Shown: positions 19,040 through 27,929 of the stretch, piece after piece
Layout: each line of letters opens with the position of its first letter
Position numbering within the stretch: the first letter of the stretch is position 1
DNA from: Bacteriovoracia bacterium
GTDB taxonomy: Bacteria > Bdellovibrionota > UBA1018 > CAIPTA01
Reading direction: 5' to 3'
Length of the DNA: 64,000 nt
NCBI GenBank assembly: GCA_050246755.1
Contig: JBFWVL010000001.1
Span: forward strand, 928,001 to 992,000
The notes under the pieces: model-generated
What the model was told of the DNA's origin: nothing
Database searches by the model: none
Seen by the model: only the letters and a program-made list of their open reading frames with translations
Made by a program: the position numbers and the translations under genes

Positions 19040-20107
19040 CTAAAGACCTGCGGAAGCTAAACGCAAATGCCAGGAAAATGAATTAATGCAGGCTTCGGCA
19101 GTACCAAATTCATAGTCGACAATATCTGGAATTCGCGAGTTGTATGATAACGCTACATAAGATTGGAGCGGGACTTCCGGCGAAGTCGTCCGATATTGCT
19201 TTATTCCAAAATCAAGTGGCCAAGAAATAAAAACACTCCTTGCTCTATAAAAATCACCGGCATCTTCTCGCCCTTTTATTTTCTCGATACTATGGCATTC
19301 ATCGAAAGCGAATTTCTGCAAAGATTCATGGGTTGGCTTTTTAGAGAAGTCAAACTTGTGAGCCTTTCCCAGAATTGGATGAACTAAATTATATCTCTCG
19401 TAGTCAATGGTCCAAACTGGAAGCTGTCTCCACTCGACGGTTGTCCGCATGGGAAATGGTATTGCCAGCACATTACTCAGTGCCTCATAAGCCCTTGCCG
19501 GATCCTTGCTTAGAAAGCTGGAACTGAAGAAGGCACCAGTGATTTCTTGTGCGGTTCGCGCGGGCTGGAAAAATTTACTCCCCTCTTCCCGTACGGGCCG
19601 CACCAGGCTGTAAACCGCTTCGTGAATCAAAAGGGCCGCTTTATTTTCGTCGTTTAATCGATTCCAGCTTTCGCGGTGAATCCGGATGGTTGTCCCGAGC
19701 CGATTCGCGATCTGTACTACTTTCGATCCCGGCGGCAATATCACGGTATCTCCGGGATTATTGATCGGCGTTAATGGGAAATCCTGTAACACCCAAGTAT
19801 AGAGCTTCATGCTCACCAATAAGAAATCGCCCATGCCCGGAGCCACTCGGTTGAGGTCGGTTAACTTCCTCGCAAGCAGTTCTCTGGGAAAAGAAAACGG
19901 CATCGCCCGCGAGGTAGGAAATACCGGAAGCCGCGGATCAGTGCTTTCCCCGACAAAGGGAGACTCGTGGATCCCCAGCATCACGAGATCCCGAACGTAA
20001 AGCCTTCCTTCGATCTCTACTCCATCTCCGCCGTTTCCCACGAAGCCGGAGCCCCCCGCGAAAGCGACCGAGGAAATGAATATTAAGAAAGCGGGCCAAA
20101 TTTTCAT
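19040..20107 (-). CDS. Secreted GNGG-motif protein (Bdellovibrionota-type)
   Basis: Signal peptide then GGSGFVGNGGD; QIANR..W..L....AALLIHEAVY. Confidence 0.7.
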   Translation of the reverse strand: MKIWPAFLIFISSVAFAGGSGFVGNGGDGVEIEGRLYVRDLVMLGIHESPFVGESTDPRLPVFPTSRAMPFSFPRELLARKLTDLNRVAPGMGDFLLVSMKLYTWVLQDFPLTPINNPGDTVILPPGSKVVQIANRLGTTIRIHRESWNRLNDENKAALLIHEAVYSLVRPVREEGSKFFQPARTAQEITGAFFSSSFLSKDPARAYEALSNVLAIPFPMRTTVEWRQLPVWTIDYERYNLVHPILGKAHKFDFSKKPTHESLQKFAFDECHSIEKIKGREDAGDFYRARSVFISWPLDFGIKQYRTTSPEVPLQSYVALSYNSRIPDIVDYEFGTAEACINSFSWHLRLASAGL

Positions 20108-20853
20108 TTAAACTCCATGGGAAAAAGCTGGGTAGAAAACCGAAAAACTGTCGTATTGTTTTCCCCATCGTCCATTAGTGCCGAAGCTTTCTCATAAAGC
20201 TTCCGAATTTCTTCGCGCAAAAGGGAAATCTGCTTCTCGTTGCCCACGAAAGTGGAAGAAGCGAAATCCCGTTCCTCCGCCGGGATCTCTGCCAATGCTT
20301 TTCGTGAGAGGCTTAGGTTCATGTCATGAAACTGCCGGATAATTTCATCTGGGGGTCCGTCCGTTGTCTTCAGCACAGACTCAGGTCGACCAATTTCCCC
20401 ATTTTTCGCTTTCACCAGCAGCTCGCGGCGCAAGAGATCCTCTATAACGGCGCCCACCTTTTCTTCGCTTAGCCCTAACCGTTTTGCGATCGCCTTAGGC
20501 TGACGGCCTTCTGCGGGTAAGTCGAAAGAAAATAGAATCGGATAATATGTCCAATCGGTGAGAATCTCATAATCGGCCGCGGCAAGGTTTCTTTTTGGAA
20601 ATTGAGGGCTTTTTCCCATTTGAGCAAGCAAACGATTTCTTACGCTCGAGCCGATCGATACTTTCTCTAATATTTCCGCGGCGCGCTCTGGCCTAAGCTT
20701 CCACTTGCTTTTGCCCTGAAAAGTATCGGACAAAGACCCAGCGGAAAGCCCTATTTTTTTTGCAAATGCGCGCATGGAAAATTGTGGGTTTTTTTCCTGT
20801 ATGAAATGGAATTCATTTTTTAGAATTTTTATAAATTCCTTTTGCCAACTCAT
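20104..20853 (-). CDS. TIGR02147 / DUF4423 family HTH protein
   Basis: KNPQFSMRAFAKKIGLSAGSLS, DWTYY, IRQFH, ERDF..T, FSTQLFP; start MSWQKEF. Confidence 0.85.
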   Translation of the reverse strand: MSWQKEFIKILKNEFHFIQEKNPQFSMRAFAKKIGLSAGSLSDTFQGKSKWKLRPERAAEILEKVSIGSSVRNRLLAQMGKSPQFPKRNLAAADYEILTDWTYYPILFSFDLPAEGRQPKAIAKRLGLSEEKVGAVIEDLLRRELLVKAKNGEIGRPESVLKTTDGPPDEIIRQFHDMNLSLSRKALAEIPAEERDFASSTFVGNEKQISLLREEIRKLYEKASALMDDGENNTTVFRFSTQLFPMEFK

Positions 20854-20915
20854 AAATACCCCTATGCACCAAAGGTAGCGTGATCCATCACTAGTGGCAA
20901 TCCAAGGGGGGTGTC

Positions 20916-20957
20916 GTTCCACCGTTCTGTTTTACAGAACAACCAATAAGTTGGAAC
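20916..20957. promoter_or_regulatory. Nested inverted repeat, possible operator
   Basis: GTTCTGT-TTT-ACAGAAC (20924-20940) flanked by GTTCCA and TGGAAC. Confidence 0.45.
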
Positions 20958-21053
20958 ACCGGTCTGCCGGTGAACCTTTTGGCCGACCGCAACAACGCAA
21001 CGCTTCTTCCGTGCAGAATGTATTTTTTACAGGCAAGGTGCTAGGAAGAAGCT

Positions 21054-21545
21054 ATGTCCCTCCGGGCCGGCGCCATTAAAAAAACCACCCTTTGCTTCGT
21101 CTTCGACGAAATCAATAATTCCTTGCTCATGATCCATAAAAAGCGCGGCCAAGGCGCGGGAAAATGGAATGTGCCCGGCGGCAAGATGCAAGAAGACGAA
21201 ACCCCGGAAGCGGCCGCGATCCGGGAAACAAAAGAAGAAACAGGAATTACTCCCTCGAATCTTCAATACGCCGGAAAATTAGAGTTTTATTTCCCCGCCG
21301 GAAACTCCTGGGACAATATCTGCGAAGTTTTTACCGCCAACCAGTTCAGCGGCCAACTGATCACTGACGGCGAAGAATGCTCCGCGAGCTGGGTGAGCTT
21401 AGATAAAATCCCGCTGGAAAAAATGTGGGACAGCGATAAGCGCTGGCTGCCGCTCCTCCTGTCCCGAAAAAAATTCCACTGTAGTTATACCTTCGACGCG
21501 AACGACAACGTCACGCACGAAAAAATCGAAAAAGCGGAAGACTAA
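21054..21545 (+). CDS. NUDIX hydrolase, 8-oxo-dGTP diphosphatase (MTH1-like)
   Basis: KKRGQGAGKWN.PGGK, Nudix box ETPEAAAIRETKEETG, MWDSD. Confidence 0.9.
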   Translation: MSLRAGAIKKTTLCFVFDEINNSLLMIHKKRGQGAGKWNVPGGKMQEDETPEAAAIRETKEETGITPSNLQYAGKLEFYFPAGNSWDNICEVFTANQFSGQLITDGEECSASWVSLDKIPLEKMWDSDKRWLPLLLSRKKFHCSYTFDANDNVTHEKIEKAED

Positions 21546-21895
21546 TAGGGATCCGCCGCTTCGATGATCTCGAAGCCGAGTGAAGCGCAGCTATCTTTGA
21601 TCTGCGCGTAGAGCACGCGGATGCGATAGTCCGCTCTGTAGACGCTGCCCCAAACTTCCAGCACGTCGAGCTTACCCTTGCCCTTTAACGCCCGGATTGG
21701 CGTCATGGTGGTCACCTTATCGTCGAGGGTGGCGCGCTCGTCGGCCTGGGTATGGAGCTTCAGCGCTTCCATGGCCACTACCTTAGCGTCTTCAGCGCAA
21801 TGGTGAGGACTGCTAGCCACATTTCTGGTTTTGGCCATACCCGATAGCGGCGCGATTAAGGCAAGTATTAGGGCTAAGCTAATTTTGTTTGTCAT
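21542..21895 (-). CDS. Small secreted protein
   Basis: RBS GGAGG before MTNKISLALILALIAPLSGMA; two Cys. Confidence 0.75.
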   Translation of the reverse strand: MTNKISLALILALIAPLSGMAKTRNVASSPHHCAEDAKVVAMEALKLHTQADERATLDDKVTTMTPIRALKGKGKLDVLEVWGSVYRADYRIRVLYAQIKDSCASLGFEIIEAADPY

Positions 21896-22040
21896 TCTTC
21901 CTCCAAGAAAATGGTACCCGAATCTTATTTGCCCGGCGATCCCTTCTCGTACACGGTGAGTACGGTACTTTTTTCTACCGTTTTTGGGTAATCGAGGAAA
22001 ATCACTCAATTGCATACCCTAGCAGTCCGATCATAAAGGT

Positions 22041-23879
22041 ATGAAGCCAGCGGCATACAAGTGGAATCTCGCGGTGTTGGACGCTATCGCACCGCAGCCA
22101 CGCTCGAATGAGCCCTATTCTGCTTTCCGTGAGATCGACGGTAGCCACCCTTGGAAGTACGCCGTGCCAAATGGCTTCATCGACTACGAAGCCCGTATCT
22201 TGCGCGGAAGCAAAATCGTCTATTTTAATTTTAGTTTAGCCAAAGACATGGGCCTGATCGACAAAGATCATCCTCATAAAATGACCAAAGAGCTCGAGCG
22301 CACGCTGGTGGAAACCTTCGCCCTGCGCATCATCAATGAGTACGACCAGCTCATGGGCACGAAATTCCCCTCTAAAGACGTAAAGCCTCAGCGCTATATG
22401 GCCACGCGCTACCTGCAGCTGCAGCACGACTGTAAGAAAGGCGCCACCTCCGGAGATGGCCGCAGTATCTGGAATGGGCAATTCGTGGGAAGCAACGGAG
22501 CCGCCTGGGATGTATCCAGTTGCGGAACCGGCGTTACGCGATTGAGCCCCGCCGCCGCCCTGCATGGCCGCCCGCTAAAAACGGGCGACGACCAAGTTTC
22601 CTACGGCTCCGGCCTCGCGGATATCGATGAAGGACTCACCGCCGCCATTCTGAGCGAATCGTTTCAGGCCCGCGGCATTCACACCGAACGCACGTTGGTG
22701 GTGCTCGAAAGCCCCGATGGCCAGGGAATCAACGTAAGAGCCGCGAAGAACCTTCTTCGCCCCTCTCACCTCTTTTTGCACCTCAAACAGGGCAATCAGC
22801 TGATGCTAAAATCGGCCCTCGATTTCTATATCGCCAAGCAGATTCACAACCGCGATTGGCCGGTGCTCAAAGAGAGCGACAAATACCAGCACTTTCTCAC
22901 TACCCTGGCAAAACAATATGGCGAATTCGCGGCCCGCTTAGAGGACGAATACATTTTCTGCTGGCTCGACTGGGATGGAGATAACGTGCTCATGCCAGCC
23001 GGGATTATCGACTACGGATCGATCCGCCAGTTCGGGCTCTGCCACCACCAGTATCGTTACGACGACGTGGATCGCTTCTCGACGAACCTCAAGGAGCAAA
23101 AGCAGAAGGCCCGTAATCTCGTGCAAACCTTCGTGCAGCTCGTGGATTTTGTGCGCACCGGGGAAAAAAAGCAAATTCCGGCATTCGCCGAAGATCCCAT
23201 CCTTAAAATTTACGATCGCGCTTTTCGCAAAACGCTTTCCGATAGCTTGCTCCGCCGCGCCGGTCTCAGCGCTTCCCAGCGAAAGCGCGTGCTGGCCTAT
23301 AAGCCGGAACTAGCCCGCGAATTCGAACGTTGCTACCGGGCCTTCGAGCGCCAGGAAAGCGACCGCGGCATGCGTCGCACTCCGGACGGGATCAATAATC
23401 CGGCCATTTTCTGCACCCGCACTTTATTGCGTGAGCTTCCTAAGCAACTCCTACTCCGTGAACGGTCACTCGACACCCTCTCGTTCCTGGAACTCATGCG
23501 AACCCCCTTCCTCACCAAAAAAATGATGAAGCGGCCCGAGCGGTTCTCTTTAGCGGTGAAGAAGTTTCAGGTAGCTTATTTGGAATTGATTAGCTTTGCC
23601 CACAAAGGGAAGTCGCTAAAACGCGGTGTTCTCGAAACCGCCATGCGGGCCGGCAACGAAAACCAAAGCCAATTCGCCACCGGGGACGGAATCATCTACG
23701 TAGTGGACCACTTGCTGGCGCGCCGGAAAGATTTAGGCCGCGTGGAATTTTCCCGGGTAGTGGAAGCTTTTATCCACTTTCAGCAAGGCCGCGCCTATAA
23801 AGGTAAGCTGCGAAAGCGCACGCGCCGCGTGCTCGAAACCATAGTCGAAATCGTGCAGCAGAATAAGTTCTCGCTCTAA
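22041..23879 (+). CDS. Divergent SelO/YdiU-family protein (putative AMPylase)
   Basis: SGDGRS, GTG.T..S, SESF..RGIHTER.L, DGDNV, IIDYG. Confidence 0.75.
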   Translation: MKPAAYKWNLAVLDAIAPQPRSNEPYSAFREIDGSHPWKYAVPNGFIDYEARILRGSKIVYFNFSLAKDMGLIDKDHPHKMTKELERTLVETFALRIINEYDQLMGTKFPSKDVKPQRYMATRYLQLQHDCKKGATSGDGRSIWNGQFVGSNGAAWDVSSCGTGVTRLSPAAALHGRPLKTGDDQVSYGSGLADIDEGLTAAILSESFQARGIHTERTLVVLESPDGQGINVRAAKNLLRPSHLFLHLKQGNQLMLKSALDFYIAKQIHNRDWPVLKESDKYQHFLTTLAKQYGEFAARLEDEYIFCWLDWDGDNVLMPAGIIDYGSIRQFGLCHHQYRYDDVDRFSTNLKEQKQKARNLVQTFVQLVDFVRTGEKKQIPAFAEDPILKIYDRAFRKTLSDSLLRRAGLSASQRKRVLAYKPELAREFERCYRAFERQESDRGMRRTPDGINNPAIFCTRTLLRELPKQLLLRERSLDTLSFLELMRTPFLTKKMMKRPERFSLAVKKFQVAYLELISFAHKGKSLKRGVLETAMRAGNENQSQFATGDGIIYVVDHLLARRKDLGRVEFSRVVEAFIHFQQGRAYKGKLRKRTRRVLETIVEIVQQNKFSL

Positions 23880-24517
23880 TTTACGGTATTTGGCTGAAAG
23901 GCGTCGGGATGGCTGGCCGCACATTCCGGGGTAGCCAATGCGTATTCGTAAATCGATTTGCAAATCGGAAAAGCATCAAGTTCCACCTGAAATCGCAAAG
24001 CCGAATAGCACTGCGGAACCAAGCAAATATCAGCGATTGTCGGGTTATTCGAAACGGAAAATTGCATGCCTTCGCGATTCACCGAGCGGAGAATAGATTC
24101 GTACACTCCCAGGCCGCGCATCATCCAGTGCCGGGCCCATTCACTCTGCACGGTCTTATCATCGGATATTTTTCGGATCACATCTAGATTCTGCAGAGGC
24201 TGCGTGCCGGAATTTATGGTTTCGGCCAAGCGGCGGATCAGGGCGCGCTGAAATGAATCTCCAGCAAAAAGAGAAGGCTCGGGATAATTTTCTTCGAGCC
24301 ACTCCAAGACCGGGATCGACTCCGCCAGAGAGCGATCGCCCACCACCAGGCAGGGTAAATATCCGGCCGGATTTCTTTCTAGGTAGGTTTCCTGTTTTTC
24401 CTGCGCGGAAAGAAGATCAACGGCTACTTTTTTATGCGGAATCTTCTTAAGCTCCAGGCCCCACCGGACTCGCCACGAGGCGCTTGATCGCCAGTAATGG
24501 TAGAGCAGGATATCCAC
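23876..24517 (-). CDS. maiA: Maleylacetoacetate isomerase (GST zeta class)
   Basis: YWRSSASWRVR, INSGTQPLQNL, ADICLVPQ, SHPDAFQP. Confidence 0.88.
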   Translation of the reverse strand: MDILLYHYWRSSASWRVRWGLELKKIPHKKVAVDLLSAQEKQETYLERNPAGYLPCLVVGDRSLAESIPVLEWLEENYPEPSLFAGDSFQRALIRRLAETINSGTQPLQNLDVIRKISDDKTVQSEWARHWMMRGLGVYESILRSVNREGMQFSVSNNPTIADICLVPQCYSALRFQVELDAFPICKSIYEYALATPECAASHPDAFQPNTVN

Positions 24518-24518
24518 C

Positions 24519-25826
24519 TTAGTCCTTGCTGGGCCTATGCTTGGATTTCGCGGAGGCCACTCGTCGTGTTTTCTTCTCGGATCTCACCGTAGTGGTGGTG
24601 GCAGTGGGATTATAATATTTCAGACGTTGGCCCGGATGAATGCGGCCGCGGCGAATGCCGTTGATCTTCATCAGGGTGCGTACCGAAATCCCGATATGCT
24701 TAGAAATCGTATAGAGATTGTCTCCGCGGCGAACCACATAAAAATCATAGGAGCCACCGGAACGCGAAGAAGCCTTACTCACGAGCCCTCGATCGGGACG
24801 GCCGCTCTTATACTGCTTCAGCTGCGCAATCGCGTCCTTCGTTTGCTCGAACTTTGCGGCGCTCCCTTTGGGCACATAGATATCCACGGTGCCGGATTTC
24901 GTGATCGGGGTAATACCAGCCACAAGATCGTAGTTCCAGCGCTTCAGCGTAGCCACCGGAATATCGGTTACCTTCGCGAGATCGGTAAGGCGGGCGCCGG
25001 AAGGCACGCTAACCGATTCGTACGGCTCCCAAATATCTTCAGGGCCAAGCTGTACTTCGAAGCCGAAACGTTTCATGTTTCTGCCCACGATATGAGCGGC
25101 CAAAAATTTCGGAACGTAGTCTAAGGTTTCACGGGGTAAGAGACCCGCTTCGGCAAGCGCCCAAAAGTCGCGGGTTTTGCCCTTCATGATCGAACGCACG
25201 ATACGGTGCTCGCCCGCATTATAGGCGGCGAGGGCCAAGTACCAAGAACCAAACACGTTGTGCAGATCTTTGAGGTAACTAGCGGCAGCTTCCGTTGCCT
25301 TGATCCAATTGCGGCGTTCATCTACTTGCTTGTTCACTTGCAAGCCGTAGTTTTTGCCAGTACCAGTCATGAACTGCCATACGCCCACGGCCTTCGCCCT
25401 GGATTTTGCGTGGGTCACGAAGCCACTTTCGATCATGGCGAGATAATAAAGCTCCGGCGGAACCTCATTTTCCTTAAGTATAGCTTCGATACGGGGGCGC
25501 AAGGCTTCTCCCCTCTCGAAATAGCGCATAGTCATATCGCGCTCGCGCACGGTAAAGAAATTAATCCACTGAGAAACCTTGCGGTTGATCTCCACCGGAA
25601 TTTGTAAAGGTACCTTTTCGCCGCCCTCGGAAACTTCCGAAAGAAGAGGGTTGGTGTCTTCTAAGATTTTATTAATTTCTGAAGGCGATTCGGGAGCGGA
25701 TCCGGCAGCGGACTTTGCGGCGGCCGGATCGCGGTTAGCATCATCGGCAGGAAGCATTCCTCTTTGATGAGCGCACCCGAGCAACGCGAAGGCTAAACCT
25801 AAGCAAAATAAACTTCGCAGCTTCAC
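24519..25826 (-). CDS. MltD-like lytic transglycosylase lipoprotein with LysM
   Basis: GGAGG RBS and GTG 25826; lipobox LLGC; LAMIESG, AVGVWQFM, AAYNAG, PRETLDYVPK; LysM. Confidence 0.92.
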   Translation of the reverse strand: MKLRSLFCLGLAFALLGCAHQRGMLPADDANRDPAAAKSAAGSAPESPSEINKILEDTNPLLSEVSEGGEKVPLQIPVEINRKVSQWINFFTVRERDMTMRYFERGEALRPRIEAILKENEVPPELYYLAMIESGFVTHAKSRAKAVGVWQFMTGTGKNYGLQVNKQVDERRNWIKATEAAASYLKDLHNVFGSWYLALAAYNAGEHRIVRSIMKGKTRDFWALAEAGLLPRETLDYVPKFLAAHIVGRNMKRFGFEVQLGPEDIWEPYESVSVPSGARLTDLAKVTDIPVATLKRWNYDLVAGITPITKSGTVDIYVPKGSAAKFEQTKDAIAQLKQYKSGRPDRGLVSKASSRSGGSYDFYVVRRGDNLYTISKHIGISVRTLMKINGIRRGRIHPGQRLKYYNPTATTTTVRSEKKTRRVASAKSKHRPSKD

Positions 25827-25942
25827 GCAGGAACCTCCCTGAAGATCGTTGGTCTGCGTTAGAATACCGGATTCTCGTCGAGCGAGCACCCGAAAACGAC
25901 CTTGTAAGTACTTAATATCCAAAAAATTCCACCCATCGCGCA

Positions 25943-26641
25943 CTATTGGCTAATCGCGCTGGATAGTGCTGATTCGAATTTGGATTGAGCCAATTCTGGC
26001 AAGTTATCCGCGAATTTGCTGCGTCTATTGCCTGATTCTTGGATCGCGGTAATCCAACTTGCCAGCTGCGCCACAAAAGTTTTTTCTTCCTGCCCAAAAA
26101 TTTGATCGCGCGCGTGCCAATCGTAAAAACTCACGGTTAGGTATTCGCCCGAGCTCAGTACGCGCCGTGTACCGATGAAAGTTTCCCAGCCTAAATCCCG
26201 ATGAGCCGAATGGAGGCGCCAATCGGAGAGACTGGCAAAATCAATCGCTAAATTTTCACGGCTTTCATTCAGCAAACCACAGTAAGTAAGCGCGAGCGAA
26301 ATTTCGCGACCGGCGCTGAGCCAGTGCGGGGCCACGTCGTCGGACGTAACGATAGAAATTACTTTTGCGCTGTCGCGGCTATTGAGCGTGATGATTCCAC
26401 ATCCGATCCGCAGTCGTCGCATTCCACTGCGTAAAGCGAGTTCGATTCGCTCACTCGCCGTGAGCCCTTCATCATAACTAGCGAACAACCCCATGGCGAT
26501 TTCCTGCCAAAGCTTCGAGTCTGCCGGCGAAATGGTGGCCTGCCGCAACCGGCGCAAGCGATAACGACGGCGCACCGTGAGCAACGCTGCGAATGAAATG
26601 GTCCCAAGGAAAAATAGGGAAAAAAGAGAAATTGCCTTCAT
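25943..26641 (-). CDS. Membrane-anchored GAF-domain protein
   Basis: N-terminal TM helix; TYC..LAI..HSAH..ETFIG..TVSF..FVAQLASWI GAF pattern. Confidence 0.65.
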   Translation of the reverse strand: MKAISLFSLFFLGTISFAALLTVRRRYRLRRLRQATISPADSKLWQEIAMGLFASYDEGLTASERIELALRSGMRRLRIGCGIITLNSRDSAKVISIVTSDDVAPHWLSAGREISLALTYCGLLNESRENLAIDFASLSDWRLHSAHRDLGWETFIGTRRVLSSGEYLTVSFYDWHARDQIFGQEEKTFVAQLASWITAIQESGNRRSKFADNLPELAQSKFESALSSAISQ

Positions 26642-26805
26642 TAGCCTCCAGCTGAATCAAAACCAGAATCCTTCTGGTAATTAGAACTGCTTAGATTGTA
26701 CCTCAGAGGTTTCGGAACTCGGTATGCGCAATCGAGAAGGAATGGAAAAAATTGCCTGTCAAATTCGTTCGGGTTCTACCAATGGCGCCATAAGCGGGCC
26801 GAGCT

Positions 26806-27420
26806 ATGCTATATACAAGCTCTATGATCGACTTTTCTCGCTATACCTTTCATCCGGTAATCCACCTGCCCCTCGGCTATGAGATTTATGATTTTACCTC
26901 CAGCTACGATCCGGAACGAAGCTTAGCCACCGGATTCGGGATAGGCCGTTATAACGAGAAGCGATCGGGCATGTATACGGCGGAGCTATTTCGCCAAAGC
27001 TCCGGCATGCGCGATATTCATATGGGGATCGATATCGGAGCTCCCATCGGTACCCCGGTGCATTCCTTCTGGGAAGGCGAAGTATTTCTCGTAGGTAATA
27101 ACAAGGCGGAAGGTGACTACGGCCACACTCTCATCACCAAACACCAGTTCAACGGCACGGAACTCTACGCACTGTATGGACATCTTTCTGCCAAGTCGAT
27201 TGCGGAAAAAATTCCAGGAATGAAAATCACTGCCGGAGAAATAATCGCCTGGGTTGGTGATAAGCACGAAAATGGCGGCTGGAATCCTCACCTTCATTTT
27301 CAGCTCAGCTACGTGAAACCATCCGTATGCGATATGCCAGGCGTCGTGGAAGATAGCCGGCGCGACGAGGCCCTGCGCATTTATCCAGATCCCCGCCTGG
27401 TACTAGGCCCGCTGTACTAA
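26806..27420 (+). CDS. M23 family metallopeptidase
   Basis: HMGID (HxxxD), YGHLS, ENGGWNPHLHFQ; start may be ATG 26824. Confidence 0.9.
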   Translation: MLYTSSMIDFSRYTFHPVIHLPLGYEIYDFTSSYDPERSLATGFGIGRYNEKRSGMYTAELFRQSSGMRDIHMGIDIGAPIGTPVHSFWEGEVFLVGNNKAEGDYGHTLITKHQFNGTELYALYGHLSAKSIAEKIPGMKITAGEIIAWVGDKHENGGWNPHLHFQLSYVKPSVCDMPGVVEDSRRDEALRIYPDPRLVLGPLY

Positions 27421-27537
27421 AATATTCTGCCTAATCCCCCGCTTCTCCCTTACTTTTTGCCTCTTTACCCTTTTGCCTTCTCTCCCCCTGCCGCATCGCC
27501 CCTTGAAATGCGAATCCCCCGAGCACAATAATTTCGC

Positions 27538-27927
27538 ATGCGAGCACTATTCCTATTCTTAGCCCTCTCTCTACTTCCAGGCCTGTCCCACGCGGAGGGG
27601 GAGCGCGTACTGCTGCTATCCTGCCCCTATAAGCTCATGGGAACTGATTTCGCGAAAAACGATTTGGGAATTCTCGCCAACGGGGAGCCTGAAGAATATG
27701 TCACCATAACCCACTACGGCAGCTCTCACCGCGAAGGCATCACACCGCAAGCACCAGCTCCGGGAGAATGGCTGCATTTTTGGATTTCCAAAGACACTAA
27801 AAATGAGATCGAAGTGATCGTATTTCAAGAAAGTAAAAAATTCGGGAACAGCGTGATGTATAACCACAGCATTCCCTACGGCAAAGAAATGTGGGCCGCT
27901 TGCACCACTTCTCCCGTGCGCCTTTAG
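27538..27927 (+). CDS. Secreted hypothetical protein
   Basis: Signal peptide MRALFLFLALSLLPGLSHA. Confidence 0.7.
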   Translation: MRALFLFLALSLLPGLSHAEGERVLLLSCPYKLMGTDFAKNDLGILANGEPEEYVTITHYGSSHREGITPQAPAPGEWLHFWISKDTKNEIEVIVFQESKKFGNSVMYNHSIPYGKEMWAACTTSPVRL

Positions 27928-27929
27928 CT

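Noticed and set aside
26688-26703. sigma54-like AGGTACAATCTAAGCA on the minus strand upstream of the GAF gene
   Set aside because: GG-N10-GC spacing is right, but the flanking consensus is poor and I saw no supporting IHF site
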